DNA of 64,000 nt from positions 248,001-312,000 of IMG/VR virus record IMGVR_UViG_3300020477_000990. The stretch is one strand, 5' to 3'. Positions 1-8,706 of this stretch are shown in pieces. The notes below the pieces were generated by a model. The model did not search any database. It was not told the origin of the DNA and saw only the letters and a list, made by a program, of their open reading frames with translations. How positions within the stretch are numbered: the stretch's first letter is position 1; every line of letters begins with the position of its first letter. A program made the translations under genes and the position numbers.

Positions 1-1926
1 CTTTTTAATGGTAAAAAAGGTGCGGTGCAGGCACTTGGTTTTTTAACAGGATTATCTAATATTGTAAAAGGGAATTCATCAAAAAAATTTAATATTACTA
101 CAAAATGGGATGGGTCTCCAGCAATTGTTTGTGGAACAGATCCTAAAGATGGTAAATTTTTTATTGGCACAAAAGGTGTTTTTAACAAAAACCCAAAATT
201 AAATAAGTCAATGAAAGATGTATCAGTAAATCATGCTGATACAGTTGCTAAAGGTGAAACTACAGATAAAAGTGAGTTAAGAGGCAAATTAAGACAAGCA
301 TTAAAATATTTAGAAAAATTAAATATTAAAGGTGTATTACAAGGTGATTTAATGTTTACACAAGGTGACCTTCAAGAAAAGAATTGCCAAGGTGAAGCTT
401 GTATAACGTTTCAACCAAATGAAATAGTTTATGCTGTCCCATCAAATAGTGAATTAGCACAAAGAATTAAAAGAGCTAAAGTTGGAATAGTATTTCATAC
501 ATCATATGAAGGTGATAGTTTAGATAATATGACAGCGTCATTTAGAGTTGATTTATCTAATTTAACACCTACACCAGATGTTTGGTTTGATGATGCATAT
601 ATTAAAGACTATTCTGGTATGGCAACAATGACAGCACAAGAGTCAGCGGCAGTAGATTCTGGAATAGCTCAAATAAAAAGTAGTTTGCAATCAGTAGGAA
701 ATGCATTTGAATTTTTAGATGGTTCTGAAGCTGGTAATGATTTAAAGATTAATATTGCGGCTAATATTAATTCTAATATTAAGCAAAATGTAATACAACA
801 AAATCCTGAAACATTTTTTAATCAATTTGTTGAGGATTATAAGAAAAGAGCAGAAGCTAAAATAGAGCAATTAAAGACGGGTAGAGAGGGTGTTGCAGGA
901 CAACGTCGCTTAAATGCCCTACAAATTGGCTTAAATTACTTAAATACTAATAAGAATAATATGTTGAGTTTTTACTCTATATGGCTTAAATTAGGTGCTA
1001 TGAAGAACATATTATATAAAAAATTATCAAGTATTAAAGCAATTGATAGTTTTGAACAAAATGGAGATGAATTAAAAGTAAGAGATCCAGAAGGTTTTGT
1101 TGCTGTTGACCATATAGGAAATGCAATAAAAGTTGTGGATAGATTAGATTTTAGTAGGAAAAATTTTATGAAAAAAGAAGGTATAGAATTAGATTTAGTT
1201 ACACAATTGCTTACTGAAGCAAGAATGTTTAAATCAAGACAAGGTGTATCAAAGTTTTCAGCACGTGAAATAGCTGATATGGCTTTTGCACATTGTATCG
1301 CTTTGCAAGTAATGAATCGTGAATTCAAGTACACATCAGTTGCAAAAAGTTATGCATCAAGAACTTCAAGTTATGGTAACTATGATTATTTTAGATCAAA
1401 TGGTACTGATTTATATGTAATGTTACACGCCTTATTTGGTAAAGGTTCTATTATTAAATTTGATGATGAAAAAAATAGTAAAATTTTATTAAGCAGAATG
1501 AAAAGTGATATAATGCCGTTTAGAGAATTTTTAAGTCATATTGGATCTTCAGGATCAAATACTGATACTGAACAACGTATGTTAATGAGATTGCAAGGAG
1601 CATTGTATATTTCAAACAGTAAGTTACGTTCTATGAAACGTTTAGCAGGTGATTGGGAAAATTTAAAAACACGAGAAAAAAGAACATTAGTATCTAGCTT
1701 ATTAACTTATTTTAGATCAAATTCACCTATGTCATCGCTTACAACTTATATTCAAAGATTAGCACGTGAACGTGATTTTGGTGATGATAAGCAAAAAGTT
1801 AAAACATCAAAAGCAATGGCAGTTGGTGCGGCATTGGCAGGTGCATATTTAGGTTATAAACTTGGTCGTGGTAAAACACCAAGCTATGCAGATAAAAAAT
1901 TTAATTTTAAAAAGGATAAAAAATAA
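1..1926 (+). CDS. DUF6267-like T4-type phage protein fused to a second conserved phage domain (5' partial; frame open from base 1)
   Basis: Frame 1 open from position 1. KWDGSPAIVCG, LQGDLMFT, FQPNEIVY, PEGFVA and DRLDFSRKNF motifs are recalled from DUF6267-type proteins; about 250 further residues follow. Confidence 0.55.
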   Translation, partial: LFNGKKGAVQALGFLTGLSNIVKGNSSKKFNITTKWDGSPAIVCGTDPKDGKFFIGTKGVFNKNPKLNKSMKDVSVNHADTVAKGETTDKSELRGKLRQALKYLEKLNIKGVLQGDLMFTQGDLQEKNCQGEACITFQPNEIVYAVPSNSELAQRIKRAKVGIVFHTSYEGDSLDNMTASFRVDLSNLTPTPDVWFDDAYIKDYSGMATMTAQESAAVDSGIAQIKSSLQSVGNAFEFLDGSEAGNDLKINIAANINSNIKQNVIQQNPETFFNQFVEDYKKRAEAKIEQLKTGREGVAGQRRLNALQIGLNYLNTNKNNMLSFYSIWLKLGAMKNILYKKLSSIKAIDSFEQNGDELKVRDPEGFVAVDHIGNAIKVVDRLDFSRKNFMKKEGIELDLVTQLLTEARMFKSRQGVSKFSAREIADMAFAHCIALQVMNREFKYTSVAKSYASRTSSYGNYDYFRSNGTDLYVMLHALFGKGSIIKFDDEKNSKILLSRMKSDIMPFREFLSHIGSSGSNTDTEQRMLMRLQGALYISNSKLRSMKRLAGDWENLKTREKRTLVSSLLTYFRSNSPMSSLTTYIQRLARERDFGDDKQKVKTSKAMAVGAALAGAYLGYKLGRGKTPSYADKKFNFKKDKK

Positions 1927-2333
1927 TGGCAGTAAGAATTAATGGTGCGGCAAGAGGCGGCGAGTTTATTAGTAATAACTTACAGTTTTATACAATGTAT
2001 ACTTCTATTGATATAACTGTTACTGGAAGTTATTCTGATGCAACGCAAAAAGATTTTGATGCTGTCGTGCAATTAATTGCAGGGTATTCTCAGGTTATTA
2101 TTTCAAATGATCCAGTTGGTGTAGCAGATTTAAATGCTAATGGAGCCCCAAGTATTACAGGTGCCGGTTGGATATTTAAATTTGCGGTAGAACACCCAGA
2201 CGTATTTAAATTAAATGGAAATAGTGTACAGGCATTAATTAATGAATTTGATGGAATAGTACTAAATGGTGGCACATTTGCAACAACAGGTGGCTCAAAA
2301 AATATAGAGTTTGTACAATCGGAGACATTATAA
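1926..2333 (+). CDS. hypothetical protein, probably virion structural
   Basis: 135 aa, Gly/Ala/Thr-rich, start overlaps upstream stop. Confidence 0.5.
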   Translation: MAVRINGAARGGEFISNNLQFYTMYTSIDITVTGSYSDATQKDFDAVVQLIAGYSQVIISNDPVGVADLNANGAPSITGAGWIFKFAVEHPDVFKLNGNSVQALINEFDGIVLNGGTFATTGGSKNIEFVQSETL

Positions 2334-2334
2334 G

Positions 2335-2601
2335 ATGGAAAAGAATCAACCAAAAGTAATTAGTGAAGGTACTAAACATTTAGAAGCAAGTAATTTAGAA
2401 ACTCATGTTGTTGTATCACATGAACGTCATACAGAAATTCAAAAACGTTTTGATAAAGTAGATGTACGTATGGATAGAATGGAAGAAAAAACAGATCAAC
2501 AATTTAGTAAAATTGAAAAAATTATTATTTGGTCTATGGGTACATTGTTTATTACTTTACTTACAACATTGTTTACAATTGTATATGGGAGCTTTAAATA
2601 A
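2335..2601 (+). CDS. coiled-coil protein with C-terminal TM helix (XhlA/holin-like architecture)
   Basis: ATG at 2335 preferred over the track start 2311; heptad region followed by IIIWSMGTLFITLLTTLFTIVYG. Confidence 0.5.
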   Translation: MEKNQPKVISEGTKHLEASNLETHVVVSHERHTEIQKRFDKVDVRMDRMEEKTDQQFSKIEKIIIWSMGTLFITLLTTLFTIVYGSFK

Positions 2602-2891
2602 TGCAAATAGCAGAAGTATACAGTCAAGATTTAGATGAAGCACGTTTGATATTTGGACGTAAAGGTACAAAGGTAGTTAAAAAATACAGATGTACTTTTG
2701 GTAGAAAAAAAGGACGTATTGTTTCTAATCCTAGTGTATGCGGAGCCCCTTTAGATATTAAAAAAAGATTTACCCTTAAAAAAACAAGAGCACGAATGGG
2801 ACAAAGAATTATTAGAAAAGCATTAAGAACTAAAAGGTTTAATCCAGCGTCTAGACGTGTTGCAAAAATGAATAGAGCACTTAGACGTTAA
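2601..2891 (+). CDS. small highly basic hypothetical protein
   Basis: 96 aa, K/R-rich, translationally coupled. Confidence 0.6.
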   Translation: MQIAEVYSQDLDEARLIFGRKGTKVVKKYRCTFGRKKGRIVSNPSVCGAPLDIKKRFTLKKTRARMGQRIIRKALRTKRFNPASRRVAKMNRALRR

Positions 2892-2894
2892 ATA
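2889..2894 (+). promoter_or_regulatory. T4-type late promoter core TAAATA
   Basis: TAAATA 8 nt before the ATG at 2903; no SD. Confidence 0.45.
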
Positions 2895-2902
2895 CATACG
2901 TC

Positions 2903-3988
2903 ATGAACTATTATAATACTTACAATAGAATCGAAATAGAAATCACTTCAAAATGTAATGCGAGGTGTCCTGGTTGTTCTAGAAATGTAAATGGAATAAC
3001 AAATCCTCAATTACAAGTACAAGATTTATCATCTGAAAATTTTATAAAGTACGTCCCTAAAGAAGCATTAAAAGGAAAAAAGATTGAGTTTTGTGGGGTG
3101 TTTGGTGATCCAGTAATGCACAAAGATTTTATTACTATTGTAGAACATTGCCGATTATCAGAACCTTATTCTATTTCTATAGATACAAATGGTGGATCAC
3201 AGCCAACTAGTTGGTGGGAAAAACTTGCAACACTAGGAGTTGAAGTACAATGGAGTGTTGATGGTCATAGAAAAACAAATCATTTGTATAGAGTAAATGT
3301 AAAGTTTGATAAAATTTTAGAAAATATGAAAGCATTTTCTAAAGCAGGTGGTAAAGGTACATGGGAGTATATTGTATTTGATCATAATGAAAGTGAAATT
3401 AGTATAGCTAAAAAAGAAGCTCATGCTTTAGGTTTTGATTTTAATATTAGAAGAAATAGCAGAAATAATGAAGAAGGTTATATATCATACATTAAAGAAA
3501 AAGTAGCTGGAAAAGTTGTAACTACAAAATTTAAGGTAACACAATCAAATCCAGTACATAAGCATAGTGAAACAGAAACAGCTAAAAAAGAAGTCCAAAA
3601 AGATAATTTGCAAATTAGTTGTTTACTATATAATGATAAAAAAATGTTTTTAGGATTTGATGGACGTATTTGGCCTTGTTGTTGGTTCCATGATATCTAT
3701 AATGGTGCAGGTAATCCACAAGTAGAAGAAACATCACATGAATTAGCAACGCATCATAAACTTAAAAAATTAGATAGTAGGTATGGAGCCGGCTGGAATA
3801 GTATTATACACAATAGTTGGAATGATATATTAGGGCATGAATATTACCAAAAAATATTGCCAAATACATTTGATAGTACTAGCCCTAATTTTTTAAAAGA
3901 AGAAGCATTACCAAAATGTGCAAAAAAATGTAGGAAATCTGGAGCACTACGAGATGTAGAGCGAGTTAAATATATTGGTGATAAATAA
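2903..3988 (+). CDS. radical SAM enzyme with C-terminal SPASM/twitch domain (subfamily A)
   Basis: EITSKCNARCPGC (CxxxCxxC), FCGVFGDP, SVDG..TNHLYR; C-terminal SC...WPCC...C..KC. Confidence 0.85.
   Translation: MNYYNTYNRIEIEITSKCNARCPGCSRNVNGITNPQLQVQDLSSENFIKYVPKEALKGKKIEFCGVFGDPVMHKDFITIVEHCRLSEPYSISIDTNGGSQPTSWWEKLATLGVEVQWSVDGHRKTNHLYRVNVKFDKILENMKAFSKAGGKGTWEYIVFDHNESEISIAKKEAHALGFDFNIRRNSRNNEEGYISYIKEKVAGKVVTTKFKVTQSNPVHKHSETETAKKEVQKDNLQISCLLYNDKKMFLGFDGRIWPCCWFHDIYNGAGNPQVEETSHELATHHKLKKLDSRYGAGWNSIIHNSWNDILGHEYYQKILPNTFDSTSPNFLKEEALPKCAKKCRKSGALRDVERVKYIGDK
3980..3987 (+). promoter_or_regulatory. late promoter GATAAATA, leaderless geometry
   Basis: 5 nt before the ATG at 3993. Confidence 0.5.
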
Positions 3989-3992
3989 TTAT

Positions 3993-4433
3993 ATGAGCTT
4001 AAAAGACGATATTATTAATGGATTAGATAAATCAACAGAGTTTACTGACAGACTCAGTAAATTGGTTCATTTACCAAGATCAGTAGTTAAATCATTAACT
4101 GAACCATTGGGGCTTAAAGATTATATGAGTTTATCTAAAGCAGTTGATGAAGAAGATCCAGAAAGTGCTAAAAAAATATTATTAGATGTTGGATTTAGCA
4201 AATTAGATAATACAACCCAAAAGTTGTTATCTGAATATTCTAGTAAAGGTTCAACTAAAGCAGGAGCTTCGCAATCAGCTGGTAATAGAGATGGAAGAAA
4301 CGATACTGATCCAGAAGAAAAACCAGAACCAGCAGTTGATGATGATACAAAAGATGCAATTAATAAAATAGCTGATAAATCAGCTGAAATTGTACAATTT
4401 GCAGATATAGTTGCAAAAAATAATAAAAAGTAG
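3993..4433 (+). CDS. hypothetical protein
   Basis: ATG at 3993, in frame with the track ORF. Confidence 0.6.
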   Translation: MSLKDDIINGLDKSTEFTDRLSKLVHLPRSVVKSLTEPLGLKDYMSLSKAVDEEDPESAKKILLDVGFSKLDNTTQKLLSEYSSKGSTKAGASQSAGNRDGRNDTDPEEKPEPAVDDDTKDAINKIADKSAEIVQFADIVAKNNKK

Positions 4434-4439
4434 TATAAT
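4411..4439 (+). promoter_or_regulatory. sigma70-type promoter TTGCAA-N17-TATAAT
   Basis: direct motif match. Confidence 0.6.
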
Positions 4440-4447
4440 AAACTATA

Positions 4448-5173
4448 ATGTTTAGACAAAGAAGAAAGCAAAGACATGAAGAGCTAGAACGTGTACGTGG
4501 ACAAGCTCAAAATATGACTATTATAGAAATGATAGAACATCAACGTTTTTATAAAATTCTTAATGGTTGGAGTACTCCTAAAATTAGTAATGATTTTTTT
4601 AATGCGTGGGATAAAGTAATAGCTGAAGCTAGGCAAAAATTGCCAAGATATAAAAAACCAAATGTTGATAATGTTAAAAAATTATTGAATAAGTTAAATA
4701 AATTGGATAAATCAGTATTAAAAGAAGTAGTTGAATTAGGTATTGATACTAGATTAAATTTTAAAACAGCATTGCAAACATCAAAAACAGCTAAAGGTAT
4801 TAAAATAGGTGGTTATTTAATTAAACTTAATTACACGGGAAAGCGACAAAGCTATGATGTTATTAGAACATCAGATGAAAAAGATATAGCATTAGATATA
4901 AAATTATATGAAATGGCGTTTTGTATGGTTAACTATTTAAATGAAGGAGTATTAAGTACAGATCCAAGAATGGTTGAATTGCATGAAATATATTCAGACT
5001 ATTTAACGTATTCTGAACGAGCAACTCAATATAAAAGACGTTATTACGATGCTATAAAAGAGAGTAATAGTGCTAAACAGGAGAAAAATCTGGATGATTT
5101 TGAAAAAAATCGTGATATAGCCCTAGATTATAAGGCTAATATTATTGATTTATTCAAAAAAAATACAGCATAA
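4448..5173 (+). CDS. hypothetical protein
   Basis: 241 aa ORF with typical codon bias. Confidence 0.65.
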   Translation: MFRQRRKQRHEELERVRGQAQNMTIIEMIEHQRFYKILNGWSTPKISNDFFNAWDKVIAEARQKLPRYKKPNVDNVKKLLNKLNKLDKSVLKEVVELGIDTRLNFKTALQTSKTAKGIKIGGYLIKLNYTGKRQSYDVIRTSDEKDIALDIKLYEMAFCMVNYLNEGVLSTDPRMVELHEIYSDYLTYSERATQYKRRYYDAIKESNSAKQEKNLDDFEKNRDIALDYKANIIDLFKKNTA

Positions 5174-5187
5174 AAAATAAAGAAAAG

Positions 5188-5195
5188 TATAAATA
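5188..5195 (+). promoter_or_regulatory. late promoter TATAAATA
   Basis: exact T4 gp55 consensus. Confidence 0.6.
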
Positions 5196-5218
5196 TAGTT
5201 ATATAAGGTAGAGTACAT

Positions 5219-6088
5219 ATGAATATTTCAGAATTTAACAAACCAGCGAAAGACAAAGTAGCTAAAATTAGTGAAGCTTTAGAAACCATGTATGGTTTTA
5301 AAGTTTATGATACGCAAGACATCAAAAAATTGTATGATGTTAAAAAGTCTCTTAAACAAAAAATTAAAGAATTAGAAGCTACGTTGCCGTTTAATACGTA
5401 CTCAGCTAATCCAAAATATATGCAGGCTTTATTATTAAAAGAAGCTGTTGATAATATGATTCAAACACATGAAGCAAAAGCTAAACCAGATTTTTTAGAC
5501 ATGGATAAAGATGGTGATAAAAAAGAGCCAATGAAGAAAGCAGTTAAAGATAAAAAAGTTAAAGAAGAAGTAGCTGAAACAGAAGAATCAAAAGATGAAG
5601 AAGCTAAAGAAGAGAAAGCAACAAATATAGTGGAAGAGAAAATGATAGAAATTAAAAAACTTTTAGAACAAGAAGTTGAAAAAGCTGAAATAGTTATTGC
5701 GGCAAAAAGTATAGTTGATGAATTGCAAAATATGATCGAAGACTTAGGCAAGTTACAAAATGATGAACTTGGTGCTATTGTTGATCAAATGTCATACCAA
5801 TATGGTGGTGATGCGGCGGCAAACTTTAATACAGCAGTTGCTTCACAATTAGAAACTTTGTTAGGATCAATTAAATCGGCTAAAGAAGCTGTTAATAACG
5901 AAGTACTTGTATTGACAGGCGAAGCTCCAGCACAATCAGATATGTCAGCAACAGATTCAGATTTAGGTGATATGGGATCAGACATTGAAGATCCTGTAGA
6001 TGATTTGCCAGCAGATGATTTAACTGGTGGTGATGATGCGGCAAGCGGTCCTGTAGATGAGCCACTAGGTAGAGCCAAAAAGGCTTAA
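5219..6088 (+). CDS. acidic, probably head-internal or scaffold-like virion protein
   Basis: late promoter; charged linker with PDFLDMDKDGDKKEPMKK; acidic tail. Confidence 0.5.
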   Translation: MNISEFNKPAKDKVAKISEALETMYGFKVYDTQDIKKLYDVKKSLKQKIKELEATLPFNTYSANPKYMQALLLKEAVDNMIQTHEAKAKPDFLDMDKDGDKKEPMKKAVKDKKVKEEVAETEESKDEEAKEEKATNIVEEKMIEIKKLLEQEVEKAEIVIAAKSIVDELQNMIEDLGKLQNDELGAIVDQMSYQYGGDAAANFNTAVASQLETLLGSIKSAKEAVNNEVLVLTGEAPAQSDMSATDSDLGDMGSDIEDPVDDLPADDLTGGDDAASGPVDEPLGRAKKA

Positions 6089-6093
6089 CCAAA

Positions 6094-6420
6094 ATGAAAA
6101 TCACAGAAGTCATAGGTAAGGCAAAATATGTCAGTAAATTAGATTCTGACATTAATGAACTTATTGTTACTATGATGGCTAATGATATTGATACAATTGA
6201 TACAAAAGGCTTTGCAAGTGAATTAAAAACTTTAGGCCACGGTGTTAGTATTGATGCATTATTAAAACACTTAATGAGTAATGGAAAAATAAAATCAGTT
6301 AATTCATCAGAAATTAAATTAGATGTTCCATCAAATGATGCAACATTTAGTAAACAAGATAATACTGCCAATAAAGTTTCTAAAATGGCATCTAAAGCGG
6401 CCAAATCCGGCATTAAATAA
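6094..6420 (+). CDS. hypothetical protein
   Basis: 108 aa ORF. Confidence 0.6.
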   Translation: MKITEVIGKAKYVSKLDSDINELIVTMMANDIDTIDTKGFASELKTLGHGVSIDALLKHLMSNGKIKSVNSSEIKLDVPSNDATFSKQDNTANKVSKMASKAAKSGIK

Positions 6421-6449
6421 TTGACATATTTTATATTAACTGCTATAAT
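6421..6449 (+). promoter_or_regulatory. consensus sigma70 promoter TTGACA-N17-TATAAT with TGn extension
   Basis: exact match, followed by AGGAG. Confidence 0.85.
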
Positions 6450-6469
6450 GTTTTAAATAGGAGAACATT

Positions 6470-6625
6470 ATGCCAGGAATGTGGATACCGAAGTTTTTTG
6501 AAAAGTTATTTGAGCTTACAACACCTATTAAAAAGAAAAAAAGAATTTATAAGGTAAGAGGAAAGAAATACGTTATTAAGGATTATGTTGGACGAAAGCC
6601 TAAAAACAGAAAACTCTACAACTAA
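6470..6625 (+). CDS. 51-aa Lys-rich small protein, absent from the ORF track
   Basis: hand translation MPGMWIPKFFEKLFELTTPIKKKKRIYKVRGKKYVIKDYVGRKPKNRKLYN; AGGAG SD and perfect promoter directly upstream. Confidence 0.55.
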   Translation: MPGMWIPKFFEKLFELTTPIKKKKRIYKVRGKKYVIKDYVGRKPKNRKLYN

Positions 6626-7301
6626 CACATTATTAGTTAATAAATTTGATTACATACAATATAAAAGAAAAAGTATTGATGGAACAAGATATTATGTTAA
6701 TGATAATGGAGATCCTGTCCCATCGGTAACTACAATATTATCTAAAACTAAAGATATGACAGCAATTAATGCCTGGAAAAAACGGGTAGGAAAAGTTGAA
6801 GCACAGAGAATAGTTACAGAGTCAGCGAATCTAGGAACAGTTATGCATAAACATCTTGAATGTTTTATTGAAGGTGTAGAACGTCCTAAAGGTACAAATC
6901 AAGTCCATGTACAAGCAAAGCAATTAAGTGATACAGTTATTGAGCAAGGTTTATGTAATGTAAATGAAGTATGGGGTATAGAAACAGCACTTGCTTTTCC
7001 AGGATTATATGCAGGTACGGCTGATATGATATGTGTACACGAAGATGAACCAGCAATTGGAGACTTTAAAACAGCTCGCAAATTTAAGAAAAAAGAATGG
7101 ATTAGTGATTATTTTATGCAGGCATCAGCTTATGCACTAGCTCATAACGAAGTATATGGCACAAATATTAAAAAAGGAGTTATTTTTATGGTAACTCATG
7201 ACAATACTTACCAGCAATTTGTAGTTGAAGGAGCTGAATTTCAAACATTTACAGATAAGTGGCTTGATAAGGTTGAAACTTATTATAAAATGAATAAATA
7301 G
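6585..7301 (+). CDS. PD-(D/E)XK exonuclease (Cas4/YqaJ-like fold)
   Basis: PSVTTIL, GTVMH, AGTAD, GDFKT, QASAY motifs. Confidence 0.85.
   Translation: MLDESLKTENSTTNTLLVNKFDYIQYKRKSIDGTRYYVNDNGDPVPSVTTILSKTKDMTAINAWKKRVGKVEAQRIVTESANLGTVMHKHLECFIEGVERPKGTNQVHVQAKQLSDTVIEQGLCNVNEVWGIETALAFPGLYAGTADMICVHEDEPAIGDFKTARKFKKKEWISDYFMQASAYALAHNEVYGTNIKKGVIFMVTHDNTYQQFVVEGAEFQTFTDKWLDKVETYYKMNK
7293..7300 (+). promoter_or_regulatory. late promoter AATAAATA
   Basis: precedes GGAG and the GTG start of a structural gene. Confidence 0.5.
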
Positions 7302-7321
7302 TATTATATTGGAGTACTAAC

Positions 7322-8590
7322 GTGGCAACTACATATACTAGAATTAAAAACAGACGTGGTTTAAGAGCAGATTTACCTCAGCCTTTAGCTGATGGTGAAA
7401 TTGGTTTAGCAACAGATACGAGAGAAGTTTACATAGGTGCTGGTACACAGGACTTATTAAACAGCGATGTACAAGTTACACCATTTTTAGATGCACAGAC
7501 AGTTGTATCAGGGGACCTAACAAATATAGATTCAGCTACTACAAATAATGGTTTATTGTTTTTTAATGTAACTGGAACTCAAACATTTACAGGTGACGGA
7601 ACTAATAAAAATTCATATACTATTAGTTCTGCTAATGTATCTATTCCATCTGGTAAATCACCAATTGGTTCAAGTTATGAATCACAAGACTTTGTTGTAA
7701 CAAAATATATAAATGGTAATCCTACGTTATTAGAAACATCAAAATATTCTATTGTTAATAGTGGTGGTAATTATCAAATTAACTTTATTACGGCTCCTGA
7801 AGCAGGTTCTAAAGTTTGTGTAGTTAAATGGACAGAAGCACAAACACGTGAACACGCAAGAGCAAGAGCAAGTTGGGAAGCAAGTAATTCAGCAGTATCA
7901 AGCTATAATAAATGGCAGGCAAATGATTTAGCAAACAACCAAGTATGGGTTGATATTACAACAGGAACTGGTATGGTACAGTTTGTAACAGCAGGTGAAA
8001 AGACAGCATTGGAAACTGCTAATGCAAATGATTCGATTAGTACAATTAACGAACCAGCAACTTATAGTTTCTTAGGAGAAAATACAACATTAGGTCATGT
8101 AGCAAGAAATGTTGCAATTGATTCTGATTTAAAAATTGATTTAGATACACCACAACAAGCATATAACGTTTCAAGATTTATTAATAAAAAACGTGGCCAA
8201 GTATCAAGAGTTGCAAACAATATTCAAATTTATACTGAAGCAAGTTATCCACAGTTTCAAACAAATCAATATGTATCTTTCATGAGAAAAGCAACATTGG
8301 CCGCTAATAGTAATGGAACAGTTTTAAGTTATGTAACAACAGAGGCTAACATATACAAAGTTGATTATAGTGTAAAATATAATAATGAATTTAGAGCAGG
8401 TACAATTTTAATTGCTACAGATGGAACTAATGCTACAATTAATGATAATTTCGTAGAAACCGGCGACACTTCTGCGGTGTCCTTTGCGGCGGCAATTAGT
8501 AGCGGAAAATTGCAATGGAACTGGGCAAACAGTCATGCAACAAACGTCGCGAACTTATCATACAAGATAGAACGTTGGTTACAGTCGTAA
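7322..8590 (+). CDS. virion fibre/baseplate protein with Mtd_N-like N-terminus
   Basis: RIKNRRGLRADLPQPLADGEIGLATDTREVYIG; beta-rich body; GTG start. Confidence 0.7.
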   Translation: MATTYTRIKNRRGLRADLPQPLADGEIGLATDTREVYIGAGTQDLLNSDVQVTPFLDAQTVVSGDLTNIDSATTNNGLLFFNVTGTQTFTGDGTNKNSYTISSANVSIPSGKSPIGSSYESQDFVVTKYINGNPTLLETSKYSIVNSGGNYQINFITAPEAGSKVCVVKWTEAQTREHARARASWEASNSAVSSYNKWQANDLANNQVWVDITTGTGMVQFVTAGEKTALETANANDSISTINEPATYSFLGENTTLGHVARNVAIDSDLKIDLDTPQQAYNVSRFINKKRGQVSRVANNIQIYTEASYPQFQTNQYVSFMRKATLAANSNGTVLSYVTTEANIYKVDYSVKYNNEFRAGTILIATDGTNATINDNFVETGDTSAVSFAAAISSGKLQWNWANSHATNVANLSYKIERWLQS

Positions 8591-8706
8591 CTAGTAGTTG
8601 TATTTTTTTAACAGATTTTTTCTGTTAAATCCAATTTAACTATTGCTTTTATGAATAAAGTGATAGTATAATTATTATTGTTATAAATGATAGGTTAAAA
8701 AGAATA

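Noticed and set aside
6585-7301. Cas4 as part of a CRISPR system
   Set aside because: It has a PD-(D/E)XK fold but lacks the four-Cys Fe-S motif and any cas or array context; it is an ordinary phage exonuclease.
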